Assembly (NCBI GenBank): GCA_973895155.1
Contig: OZ316895.1
Coordinates: 22,208,558-22,272,557, forward strand
Source: Marsupella aquatica
Taxonomy: Eukaryota > Plantae > Marchantiophyta
DNA length: 64,000 nucleotides
Direction of reading: 5' to 3'
Each line of letters begins with the position of its first letter. Within the stretch, counting starts at the first letter, position 1. Position numbers and translations under genes: made by a program. Below the pieces are notes generated by a model. The model had not been told where the DNA came from. It did not search any database and saw only the letters and a program-made list of their open reading frames with translations. This document shows positions 1 through 11,721 of this stretch, one piece after another.

Positions 1-56
1 CCAGTGCTGGTGACTTGACCATCGGTTGTGTTTGGACTCCCGCATTCGTGCTCTCG

Positions 57-473
57 ATGGCTGTACCAGCGAAGGAGTCTCCACCGGGGGAGTCACCATC
101 GCCGGTGATTCCCCTCATCATGCTCGTAATTGTAATAGCAATGATGGCGATCCCCAGCATGATGGCATACGATCCCGCGTTCTACTGGAACTCCACGATT
201 GCCGAGGTGCAGACGCATTTCGCCGTGGGCGCTTTCTTAATTCCCGTATGTTTGGTGCTGGCAGTGCAGGCCTTCGGCATGCCTCATGTCAATCCGATTG
301 AGCCCAGCCCTCCATCTTCACCCTTCGTGGAGTCTATCTCTCAGGATCTGCCGACTTCCGTCACACTCGTTGCGATCATCCTCTTCCTGTTCATGCTCAT
401 TCCTCTTCGCAACGTCTTTCAGGGTCCCTGGCAGCCTCCACCACCTTCTGCCCGCCCCAGGCGTTGGTGGTGA
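57..473 (+). CDS. Small plant membrane protein with three hydrophobic segments, uncharacterised
   Basis: Intronless ORF from ATG 57 (138 aa). Three TM-like stretches (VIPLIMLVIVIAMMAIP; FAVGAFLIPVCLVLAVQAF; VTLVAIILFLFMLIPL) followed by FQGPWQPPPP. The layout resembles an uncharacterised land-plant 3-TM family (recalled, not searched). Confidence 0.7.
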   Translation: MAVPAKESPPGESPSPVIPLIMLVIVIAMMAIPSMMAYDPAFYWNSTIAEVQTHFAVGAFLIPVCLVLAVQAFGMPHVNPIEPSPPSSPFVESISQDLPTSVTLVAIILFLFMLIPLRNVFQGPWQPPPPSARPRRWW

Positions 474-1873
474 ACTCGTAGAGCTTGCCAGGTCCCGGAG
501 ACAGCTTGTTATACTCGAAGGATGAGTTTAGGTCGAACACGGATTGGGGGTTTCCTGTGGAGGCATTCGATTGCCTAATGTCCGACAACCTTGAGAGTAC
601 TACAGTACTCAGATACAGAACAGGTTTGCAGAGCGCCTTATTTGCCAGGAGAATGTACCGGTGGTTGGAATTGATGTCCCGGCGTCCTGTTTTCCGAGGC
701 TATTAATTGTCCTGTGCGACGGGAATTTCGTGGGCCTCAACCAGGAGCACCCTGAGCATGTTTTCAACTTTCCCTGCAACAAATAACCTGACTGGACGAT
801 ATGGTTTTCGATAGCTCGACTGATCGACCTCGTAATATTCTTCTGAAATCGATTAATGGAATGCGCAGCCTAGAAGGTTCAGGCACGGTTCAAGCTAGAC
901 GACAGACAAATTCAAGGGTGCTTCTTTCGGTTGGTAGAATTGAAGCTAGTTATCTCTGGACAGAGGCGACTATGAATTCCCGACTGACGATGGATGGAGT
1001 TTGACAACAGAACTTTTCAACTCATCTAGTTGAGAGCATCGTACTGCTTTCTGAGACGAGGTAACTGAGGAGGTAAACAGCCATTACGGGTTTTGGCAGA
1101 TAGCAATCAGAGGAACCTTGTTGTAGGCGTTGTTGGTATTCTAGAGCACTCAGGGCCGATTTCAACGATGAGGCTAGCGACGCAGGTCGAATCACCCCAA
1201 CGATCATGATGCTGAACTATGAAATACTGGATCAACGAAGAAATGTGTCGAAGCATTTCCCGTGACAGATGGAACAAACTACTTGTACTAACTTCCCGGG
1301 TGTTGCTCAGGAGATCGATATCACTGATACTAGTAGATAGATAGAAAACAAATTCACAGTTCTGTTGGCACTGGCGAACGTCCCATCGATGGAAGTTCTT
1401 CGATTTGTGAAATTTTTGTCATTTTTTGTCAGTAAACGTCACTCTTTATTTACTTGAGGCTGTCGAAGAATAACAGCAGATTCCGGATAGAATGAAGAGA
1501 GAGACAGCGTATCTTCCTAATTGAGTAAGTCCAATGACAGATTGGAGCAAGGGGTTTCATTCAGGACAAAAGAGTTTCGGGCACCAGCTGACCGGCATAG
1601 CCTGGACTCTCGGCTTCTTCGGTTATGTGGTCACTTTATGATAGCAATGGTGCTAGACTGCTAGATGTAACACTTTGCATGTCATTGATGTCAAGGAGAG
1701 CATTAATTTTATTTCAATCCGCGCACGCACATGATTTATGGTTGGAGTCAACAAAGCAGTACGATTCGTAGGCTTTAAATGATTGCCCCGTGCACATTTC
1801 AAAGCCACAGCCGTGTTCTCGCACGGAGAGCAATCAAAATCCTCTGAAGGAAGTTCGACAGCTAATGAGAAAC

Positions 1874-2237
1874 GCAATTGAACCTGTTAGCGGGAACCCG
1901 GGTTCACATTGGAACCCGAAGCCCGCCACGAACTTCATTGAGGACCGACGAGAAAAGGGTGAGGGTGAAATTTCACAAAGTAACAAAGCATTTTAACTGT
2001 TTATAGAAATTTTCAACATTTCAACTAGTACACCTCGAGTAGTATCTCGCTGGTTAAAATGCTTGGGTGGGAGTCATCAGGTGCTAGGTTCGAATCTCGC
2101 TCCTATCAGTGCAGAGATAGTAGGTTTTGCAGCATTAAATGCAAGTACGGACACTAGTTTGTAAAAGAAATATTTAACCCTTTTGAGGGTGCAATATCGT
2201 GGGACGAACCCGGGTTCCCGCCAACAGGTTCAATTGC
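1874..2237. mobile_element. MITE-like element bounded by 32-bp inverted repeats
   Basis: gcaattgaacctgttagcgggaacccgggttc (1874-1905) is the reverse complement, with 1 mismatch, of 2206-2237. No TSD recognised. Confidence 0.55.
2030..2152 (+). mobile_element. tRNA-derived SINE-like / Pol III cassette
   Basis: A-box-like tatctcgctggt (2043-2054) and B-box ggttcgaatct (2087-2097) at tRNA-like spacing. Flanked by the direct repeat actagt (2024-2029, 2153-2158). No convincing cloverleaf. Confidence 0.45.
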
Positions 2238-2594
2238 TCCGTGCTTGCACTTCCAAGACTGATGACAGTGTTGATATGTCGTGACTCGTGGGAGACTGAA
2301 GGTGATAGATACGGTGATGGGAGCGCTACTCAATGCTTTGTGACATGCTTCGCGTGTTGGATCATCAATTGCTTTCACTTAGACTCCCTTCACTGCGTAC
2401 TTGTATGGTGGAAAAGTGAGGGGTCAGAGGGACAGAGTATGCCTCATTAAATTGTGGTACATCGGTGAAGTGTGCAATTCAGTGACCTTCGACGAAATAT
2501 ATGCTTCTTGGACCCTCACTTGATCAGCCTCCATGATTTTTTTCCCCTAATCTACCCCTTTGATCCCGACTTAATGAATCTCATACTCAGTTCT

Positions 2595-3931
2595 GAGGTA
2601 TATGCTTAATTGACCCCCTCTGAATTGTTTTCTTACTTAATCAACCCCCTATGTTCAGATCCCCCTATGTTCGAATCTGCCCCACTAAACCCTCTCTAAC
2701 AATTTCTTATAGATAGTTCTTGGGAAGAGCTCTATAGGGAGACTTTACCATGGTGAACTCTAATTTTCTATCATATGAGCCCGTGGTCGAGCCCATGGTC
2801 GAGCCGCAATTGTGTTGAGATAAGAGTCGGCCCAAAATCCACGTGTGATAAGATCAAATGACACCGGAGGCAGTCATGGGTACTTTTGTGTTTGAAGACA
2901 AAACTAGTATGGTCTTCAAACATTTAGGGGTTAACCTCCAGCGGGGTCTCCATTTGTCTGAAGTTTAGAGGTAATAAAACTGGGTTGCTATCTCCATAAT
3001 GTTCATATATAGTTGTTTTGTTGAGAATGTTTATCGGTGCATTTCACTAGAGACAAATCTATGTTTGGATCTCCCTCAAGTGTTTGCCCTTTTGAATTTG
3101 AGTTGCCTTTGCTTCCATTACGAGCAATTGAACTAAGACACTTTGTATTATGTACTCACAACAAAGTGTATTCACTAGAATAAACAATACATATCAATAA
3201 CAATAGATGACAACATTGAATTCTTACACACTTTCTTATAGGCTTTCCCATCAGTTATCCTGACCACATCCTAAATCCATGTGCAATTGCGTCTTATTTT
3301 TGGGCACGCTCTATCTTGTCGTGATAATATGTCACATTAAAGAATGTCCACTTCAAATAGATCCCCTCAATGCCAAAGATCACAATGATATCAAAATCTC
3401 CAACATTTTGATATCCCTAAGTGTACCTCACACCACTACAATGTCATCCAGATTGCATGCAAACTCTAACAAAAAGAGACTGAGCTTCCCAATAACCCCC
3501 AATACGATAGATTCCCCCAAACCTCACGACCAACAGAAGTCGTCATGACAGAATGTGAAAGAATGACCATTTGGACCAAGTTATGTGAGGACAATTCAAT
3601 AATGAACATCTAAAGACATAACACATATTGTCTTCACATCATTTTTGAAATCCTTGATCGTTGCCGTCACGGCGTGGCCAACCCTAAGCCAAGCATTTGA
3701 CGGTTTGGTCAAGTCACTCGCACCCACAAACAGGTTCAAGTAGACTATAATTGCAATACACGGCATGTCATGAACCAGAAACTATCAAAGGGGGTCAATT
3801 GGGTAGCAAACAGACTTTGGGGGGTCAATGGGGGCAGATCTGAACATAGGGGGTCGATTGGGGTAGATTTGAACATAGGGGGTAGATTAAGTAGGAAACA
3901 GTCTAGAGGGGGTTGATTAAGCGTATACCTC
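2595..3931. mobile_element. Non-autonomous Mutator-like element (MULE)
   Basis: Imperfect ~100-bp TIRs (gaggtatatgcttaattgaccccctct... / ...agagggggttgattaagcgtatacctc). Perfect 9-bp TSD ctcagttct at 2586-2594 and 3932-3940. No coding capacity seen. Confidence 0.9.
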
Positions 3932-5309
3932 CTCAGTTCTTCTATTAGACAAAATGGTACAATTTATTACCGTGCCTTAGTATGAGCCAAAATTGTACAG
4001 TCAATTTATTACCATGCCTTAGCATCTTCTGTAACTATGATATCCAATTCTGGAAATTTTTGTCATTTATCCATTTACAAAAACAGTTCTGGGCAAGAAT
4101 GATCAGCAGCCATTGGATTCTTAATTTTGCACTTTTTCCCTAAGTAACCATTCAATGCAAAAAAGCAACCCTTGAATGCCTAAAGGGGTGAGGCAGGGGT
4201 ACTCCGTCCTCACGTTGGGCTTGAGGCAGGTGTACACCCGACTGCCCATGACTCCCTCCCTCATTGTTGACGTGCGCCATGACTAAGTAGTGGAGCTGGT
4301 ATGCAACCTGATTTGTGCCCACAACTCCTACCAGGCCCTCGGTTTCTCACTCACCCAATTGTGCAGTTATACACTGCACAGGCATGGCATAGCTTGTATC
4401 ACCATAAATAATTGTTTTTTGTGCTTGACCATGTCATTGCGTATGCAATAGGGCAGTAGTTTTCTGTTGTCGCTCTAGAATGGGATTGCTTGCTTAGGAT
4501 TTGAATACATGATGGATTATGTCTACAAATCATTTTAGACTTGAGTTTGATAAGTCGGGACCTGGTGTGTCAAATAGAGCATCAGAGTCACTTTTTCTCA
4601 TGAGTTCTAGGCAGGAGCCCCGGCAGGAGTGCTGTTTTATTTTCTTGTGGGTTCAGGTAGGCATAATTGTTTAGTTGGTGTGGGTGAAGGAGATGATAGA
4701 TTAGGCATGGACAAAATCAGTCTAGGGTTTAAGCTTGGAGCAAGCTTTACAATGCGGCATGAGAGGCATGCCTGTGGGGTACCTCACTTGGGATTGAGAC
4801 TCTTAAGTCTAGGATTCAAATGTTGTAACTGACTATTCCCATTCTTTGGGGTTTCACAGATTTCCCCTTTAGAAAAAAAACTTTAGAATGCGAGAGTGAC
4901 ACTGAAGGCCTCATTACCTAGTAAAGGGTGTGGCGATTGGTCTTGTATCATGGGTTGGAGGGTTTACAGTTGGTCCTCCCATTTATGGCTGAGCACATGA
5001 TTGTGTTGAATTGCAATACCTATTCCTCTTGGACATCTTTTCTTGTGATGAAGCAAGCTAGAGCCTGTTCCAGTATTGTGTTGGGTATTCACAGGGGACC
5101 ATTCTTTGGTCATTAAATGCAAATTGCCTACATAAAAACCTTCAGTTTGGAGGTAGTAAGGTTGGAGAGACCCTAGGCTCCACATCACTCACGATTTACA
5201 GGCATTAGTATAATCCAGCAAGGATTTGATAGGATTTGGGTTTTTAAATACCCAAAACAGTGTTGGACTAGTTTACAATCACACTTACCATGTTTTTCAG
5301 TCAGAGTAT

Positions 5310-5590
5310 TTTTTGTTCACCCCTGCTGTTCAGCGGGTGTGAATGGCCAACCCTACTGACTAGTATTTGTATAAGACATTATAGAGATTCTATTCAGATC
5401 AAACTTGGCATTTTCTCAAGTGGCAAGAGTGTGTTTTTGTCACCTTAGCGGTTTGGGCAGGGTGAATGGCCAACACTGGTGGGTTTTGAATACATTGTGG
5501 ACATTGTCTTCAGGTCACACTTCACACTTTTTTTAGCAAAAGTATTTGTTTTGCTCACCCATGCCAATTGAGCGGGGATGAATGGCCAAC
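5310..5590. repeat. Degenerate tandem repeat, three units of ~120 bp
   Basis: Recurring ttttg..cacc...gcggg..tgaatggccaac core near 5311, 5435 and 5549. Confidence 0.55.
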
Positions 5591-8500
5591 ACAGCTGGTT
5601 TTTGAAGACTGTTATTAGGTCATACTTAGCAATTTTTCCAGTGATGCAAGTTTTTGCAAATAGGACCCCAAAAAGATCTACTGGGAGGATATTACTAAAA
5701 GAGATATGATGATTACAAAACGGAAGCATGCATGTGAATGTCCTCACTTTGTGATTACTGTAATCTTGTCATTTGGTGGCGTGGAAATGAGGCGCCTGTG
5801 ATAAAAAGAAACGAGACGCCTGTTGTCATCCTGGAAATGAGTCATTTGGCTACTTGGATACTCATTTCCAAGATTATCACAGGAAGCCCCCATTGATAAA
5901 TGAAACTTGGATGGACTGGGTTGAAACATAATTATATGCATGGATAATTACTCTTGTTTACTCCTCTATCTATAAGGTACACTGGCAATGACCGAATCAT
6001 TACTTCTATCCAAGTACTTTCCCTATCACTAGCTGTGTCATGATTTCTGTCCAAAAAAGGTATGTTGTTGGTGGTCAGGGCATTATTGATTTAGAGCTTT
6101 GTTGCTTTCTCCCAATACTCTTTTTTCTCTTCAGACAATTGCTCTACCCATTTTTTTAGGTCCTTCAATGTCTTATCTGACCTTATATGCTTGATAAAAC
6201 TTTGAGTGAATTGAGTGCTTCATATTTTACTCATAGCACCTAAGTTACTTTGTTCAATGGTCATAATCCAAATGAACTTAATTACTTGGGAATATTTTTT
6301 GTTTGTAATAAACCTGGCTCAAAAGCTCCACAAAAGGGGAAAGCAAACAAGACAACAACTCATAACCAAGGGATTGAAGAAGTCCAACCAAGAAGGTAGG
6401 GGGAAATCTAAAATCCAACAAAGCTCACATTTCACAAAGGGACTGCAATTTTTCTACACACCTCCTTGATATTTTAGGGCATTGATATTTTGCAAAATAA
6501 TTATATTTATAAGCTCTATAAATGTTTTAGCGAAATCTTGTTTTTCATCGAGCATTGTTGTGATGCCAATGACATGGCCCTTATTGAATAATATGATTAA
6601 TTGGTTTGTTGCATGCAATAAGTAGATGTTAGATAGGACATAATGATTAGTGATCGAGATGGCAAGAATGAGGGCAATCATGGCATTTAAACTAGGGATA
6701 GAGGTAGTTAAGCTTGAAGACTGCACAAGAAAGGAAGACCTAGTTGAGACAGTCACTATCAAGGCCAGTAACAAGTGACTAGAGAATAGAGGATTCACCT
6801 CCTTAACCATATACCCTCTTGTTGATGAGCAAGATAGAGCCTGGGGGTCACTATATGAAGGGTTATACATCACGTGCGATGGTTTGGGTCATTTATGACC
6901 CCCCTAAGTCACTTTCTAGAAAGTTGTACGGCACCAATCATGTGATGACACGTATGCATTTTGCAATTAAACAACCCTATATTTCCATAGAAGACTTAAT
7001 AAGTTTTCCGCCAAAACCATTTAAATGGCCCTATACTTCGTCGCACATGATATGCCACTTCCATGGAAGTGACCCCCCCCCCCAAGGATAGAGCACCGAG
7101 GCTTTTCAAGACATCATTCAGTGCATAGGCAGGTGTGGTAAGTTGGGGAAGTGAGTCCCCACGATTGAATAGGAAGCTATGTGGCATGGTGATTGTTTTC
7201 ATTATGAAATATGAATGTCTTGGTGTGCATGTTCATTTTGTTAGTTAGGTTAGTGGTCCATAGACAGTCTAATCTTAGCATGCATGTTAGGGAAATAAAA
7301 AGCTATGTTGAGGGTTGTCAGCAACCATATCTCTTTTGATACTTGCCTAAATCCAGATCTGTAGAGAGCATTGGAAATATCTTGTTGAGGCAAGCAAAAT
7401 TGATATAAAAGACTCTAGAAACAGAGGAGAATTAAGAAAGATACAGCCTGATTAGTCTAACCAGTTAGTGCATAGTCAAAATTAGCGGGTTGGGCTTTGG
7501 CTTCAGATTAGTCTAAGATTGGCCACGACTTAGCTTAGATGGCCTCAGCTTAGATTGACCTTGAGGTTGGGTTAGCTGAACTCAGGTTTGGGTTAGCCCA
7601 GGTTTGGATTAGCCTCAACTCGGGCCGGGGCTAGCATAGGTCACTGCGGGTTTGGCCTCAGCGTAGATTAGGGTAGCGGGGTTAGCAATTTAGTTGGTAG
7701 CGGCTTAGCCAGGGGCTTGGCTCTACTTGGGTTAGATAGGATAGTCGGATTAGCCAAACTTGGGTTAACTATGTCACTTGGGTCAGTGCAGCAGTTTGTA
7801 ACCCCTAGTAGAAGCAAGGGAAGGGAACTTCAATTGTGTGATCGATCTCACGTAGGTCTAATTGGGACCTTTGGTATGTGCCACCAAGATTGTTCAGCAA
7901 GTAAATTTACACATTTCAATTGTGTCCATCAATCCCACCATCACATCAACTTTTTGTGTCCATCATTCCCAACTTGACTTCCGAATATTTGGCAGGAATT
8001 TGGTAACATGCAGTTTACTCCCAAAATAAATATTTCCCTTCAGTGATTGTCAAAACTAGAAAAGCCCCTAACTTGCTCTCATGCATGGGGGAGGGGATGC
8101 ATACGTTTAGCACTACCTTACAAATTTCAGCTGCATGATCATCAGGCTGTAAATGTAGGTGTTCCATAATTACCCGTAACCATTGTGAGTTGAGTTAGCA
8201 TGAGCAACCTCAAAACACTATTAATAATAAACAATCTTACTTCTTTTCTATGGTATGTTTCCCTCATGTTTCCCAAATGCAGTGTAGGTGGGAACAATTC
8301 ATGTCGTCCAATTTAAGACTTATTTCTTGTATCATCAGATCTGCTAATTAAACACCCTCCAATGCCTGCCTTCCCTTGCTAGTTACAGACCATACACACA
8401 TACTCGTGGTCGCGGTCTGTCCATCACCTCCTTTGCAAGTTGTTTCCCTCTTGCAATCGGGGTTGACAAAAGGCTCCCACCACCCCTCCAAGATGTCCTT

Positions 8501-10519
8501 GCTCTCCGACTATCCTTTGTGCTTTGCTCCCTTGCCCCCTGGCTGCCCTCCCTCTCTCCTATGGCCATCCTCCTCACTCCCTCACCCTAGCTTGTGCACC
8601 TCCCTCTTCTTTGGGGCTCGGGCAATGGTCTGTGTGTGTGAATGCGTCGGGAGGACTGAAAGCTGTGTGCATAAGAAGGGGGGGGGACATGGAGAGAGGC
8701 AGGTGAGGAGGGTAAAGAAGAGGAAAAAAAGAAAAAGAAGAACAAGGAAAGAACAGAGATACTGCAAGAAAAAACAAGAGATATTAGAAAGAGGGGGGGG
8801 GGGGCGGGAAGAGAAAGGGGTCCTCAAGACCCTGGCAACCGCTCGACCTGCTCCCATGCCTAAAAATGACAATGACAACAAGTTTTGCAGCTCACGGGAA
8901 TATGCCAAACTGTAGCAATCCTACAACCACAACTTGGCCACACCCAACAAAAATGACAACACTTCGAGACAACTACAACATTCCTCCAGTCACAAAACAG
9001 CCAAAACAACAACACTGACATCTGCAACCGGCCACAATACAACTACCGGAGTCAATTTCATTTGACAGATTGCTACTACCTTACAAGAACTATAAAAAGG
9101 TTGTTGTTGATTGGGTATTAACTTCTTTTGGAACCAAAAGTAAAAACACGGTATGTAATGCTTACAATAAACAAAACTAAAAGATAGTATTGTCAGTTTC
9201 AGTTGGGTATTGAACACAGACTTCTTAATATAATAACCTTTGGAGATGATTTTACCTTAAAGAATTACTAGTGGGTTGCTTTGATGTTTAATGAGCACAG
9301 TTTTACCTTTTACTCAGTACTGAAGAGGTTGCCTTGAAGTGAGGACCAGCTTGTTTTCAGTGGAAAACATTCACCAAATTACACCTCACCAAAAAGTATT
9401 AGTCACTTTGGCCCGAGGTCCTCACTAATTTTTTTTATACCCATCACGCAAAAGTAAGTATAGGGTTTGTTTATTGGGTTAAGAAGAATACTTTTAAATT
9501 TCTGTAGAAGAACATTAGGGTTTTTAAAATTAAATTTTGAGAATTCTAAGAGAAGATAGGGTTTTAGAAATGGATTTGGGAAATATTTTTAGAATATTCC
9601 AGAAATATAGGGGTAGATAAGTAGTTCAAAAAAACCTTATTTTCTTATTTTTAGGTGTTTAATAGCTACAAACGTTGAGCGTGTTATGAGACCCCCTTTA
9701 GAGTGAGGCCCAATAGACTTTTAGCAAAACTTAGTCGGGCCGTGTGTCTTCCATTAGCCAGATTCCTACTAGTTGCAAACACCAGTAGCCAAAATCTGAA
9801 GGTTATCCTTAGGGAGATATTAGGGAGATATGACAAAAAGTATTCTTAGAAAAACAGGCAAGGAGTATTCTAAGCATCTTTTCCTTTAGTCAAGGCCTCA
9901 AATTGTTCTACCCTGGTGTGCAACATGTTCACTTAAATTGACCTATGTCAATACCAGCCTACTCGGTATTTAATCTACCGTTGAACTACAATTGGCCTAT
10001 GTCCTGCTGGTGTTTACCATAGTGCCATGCAAGTTTGCACAATAAATATGATTATTAAAACAACTTACTTAGAGCATTCCCACCGGTCTTGTAAAACAAC
10101 CGGTCGGGGCCCATTTTGGCGGTTCTCCTCCCTTTGCCCAAAAATGAGTTGCCCACCGAGGGCCGACATTGCTCTGGCCGGTGAGGAGGCCCGCCTAAAT
10201 TTGAGTGTGCTCCGCCACATTCGACCCATATTGGCAGGCCATGGCCCCGTTGACCACCACTCGCCATCCAGATCCTGTGGTCAGCGTTGCCCAAAGGGGA
10301 CCACTTGGACGACGATCTCCCATTGCCCCAGACCGCCATTTTCCCTCCGGATTGTGGTCGCTGCATCTTCCCACGCCCTGCTACAGTTCCCACTCGACTT
10401 TCTCGTGACTCCCTTTCTACAGTTCCCACTCGATTGATCCTTCCCCTCGTGTTTGAGGTACTTTCTCGTGACTCCGTCGCTACTTGTACTGTTTAGCCCT
10501 CTGACATCCTCGCCTAGCA

Positions 10520-11554
10520 ATGGCAGAAGGTGGGAAATCGAGAGGTTCCAATTTTGCAAAAGCTGAACTCAATCAGCTCTGCTACTTGTGGATGCATATC
10601 TCCCAGGATCCTATTGTAGGCTCTGCTCAAAAGAATCAGACATTTTGGGACCGGGTGGCACTACACTACAATTCGAATCGACCTGCAAGCACGCAAGAGA
10701 GACCTAGCAGATCATTGGAGAGCAAGTGGGGCGAGTTGAAGCACGATGTCGCAAAATTTTCTGGGACATATGCCACTTTAGTTGACTTGAGGATTTCGGG
10801 GACGAACGCTGATGACACATTGAAGAAGGCTCATGAATTGTATGTGACCAAGCACCCGAAGAGCAAAAGCTTTCAGCACATTGATTGCTGGTATTTGCTG
10901 AAGGATTGCCCACGGTTTGTTGTGGCAGTGGAGGACATGGCCAGCAAGGAGAAGGGCAAGGGCAAGGGCAAAGGGAATGCCAACAAGGAGAATGCGCCTC
11001 CTAATGCACAACAGCCTGAAGTTGTTGTGTTGGATACCAATAGCTTTGATTCAGTGGAAGCAGATGAAGGCAATAGCAGGCCAGTTTCACTCCAGGCAAA
11101 TGGTAGGCCGATTGGAAACAAGACAGCCAAGAAATTGAGAGGGGAGGAGTGTGCCATGAGAATTGCTGCTTGTGCCCAACGAGACATGGTGGGACTGAAC
11201 TCGAAGAGATTGAAATTGATGGCAGAACAAAACCTTCAGAACTTGTTTGCATTCAAGGCTGCAGATATTGATGAGGACTGTAGGGAGTACTTTGTCATGA
11301 GCAGAAGACGGGAGCTCCAAAAATGGAAGGCTGAATTGGCTGACGAAATTGAGGACGAGAACAGAGCTTCAAGGAGATCTGCAGCAAGATCGCCACTACC
11401 TTCACCTGACGAAAGTTCTAGCCATACAGTGCAGGATCCTACCCTTTCAGCAGAACCAGATTTGGCTCAACAATTTGCTGAACAGGAATCCTCACCAGAA
11501 GTGGCAATTGGTCGGGTAGTGGATAATGACGAGCTAGCATGGATGAGAGATTAG
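10520..11554 (+). CDS. Harbinger/Pong ORF1: Myb/SANT-like DNA-binding protein with NAM-associated-type C-terminus
   Basis: Intact 344-aa ORF. Motifs NFAKAELNQLCYLWMHISQDPIVGSAQKNQTFWDRV, SLESKW, FQHIDCWYLLKDCPRF and RPIGNKTAKK are typical of Pong ORF1. Confidence 0.9.
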   Translation: MAEGGKSRGSNFAKAELNQLCYLWMHISQDPIVGSAQKNQTFWDRVALHYNSNRPASTQERPSRSLESKWGELKHDVAKFSGTYATLVDLRISGTNADDTLKKAHELYVTKHPKSKSFQHIDCWYLLKDCPRFVVAVEDMASKEKGKGKGKGNANKENAPPNAQQPEVVVLDTNSFDSVEADEGNSRPVSLQANGRPIGNKTAKKLRGEECAMRIAACAQRDMVGLNSKRLKLMAEQNLQNLFAFKAADIDEDCREYFVMSRRRELQKWKAELADEIEDENRASRRSAARSPLPSPDESSSHTVQDPTLSAEPDLAQQFAEQESSPEVAIGRVVDNDELAWMRD

Positions 11555-11721
11555 ATTTTTTGTAGGAATGTCCATGACTCCTGCTGCATCTCGCTTTTGT
11601 ATGATTCATATGATTCTCCTATACAGTCAAAAATTGTATTTCAGAAAGGAGCCATGGAAATAAAGTTGCTTTGTATTACTTTGAGATTATGAATCCTTGG
11701 ATTCAAGTACAATTTTTGAAT

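Noticed and set aside
8376-8915. 179-aa ORF and overlapping ORFs
   Set aside because: Arises from pyrimidine- and purine-skewed low-complexity sequence. No ATG start and no domain.
4150-9750. Possible large decayed transposon (G-rich gggttagc repeats at 7540-7780, coding-like remnants near 6050-6200)
   Set aside because: No TIR, TSD or diagnostic motif could be established.
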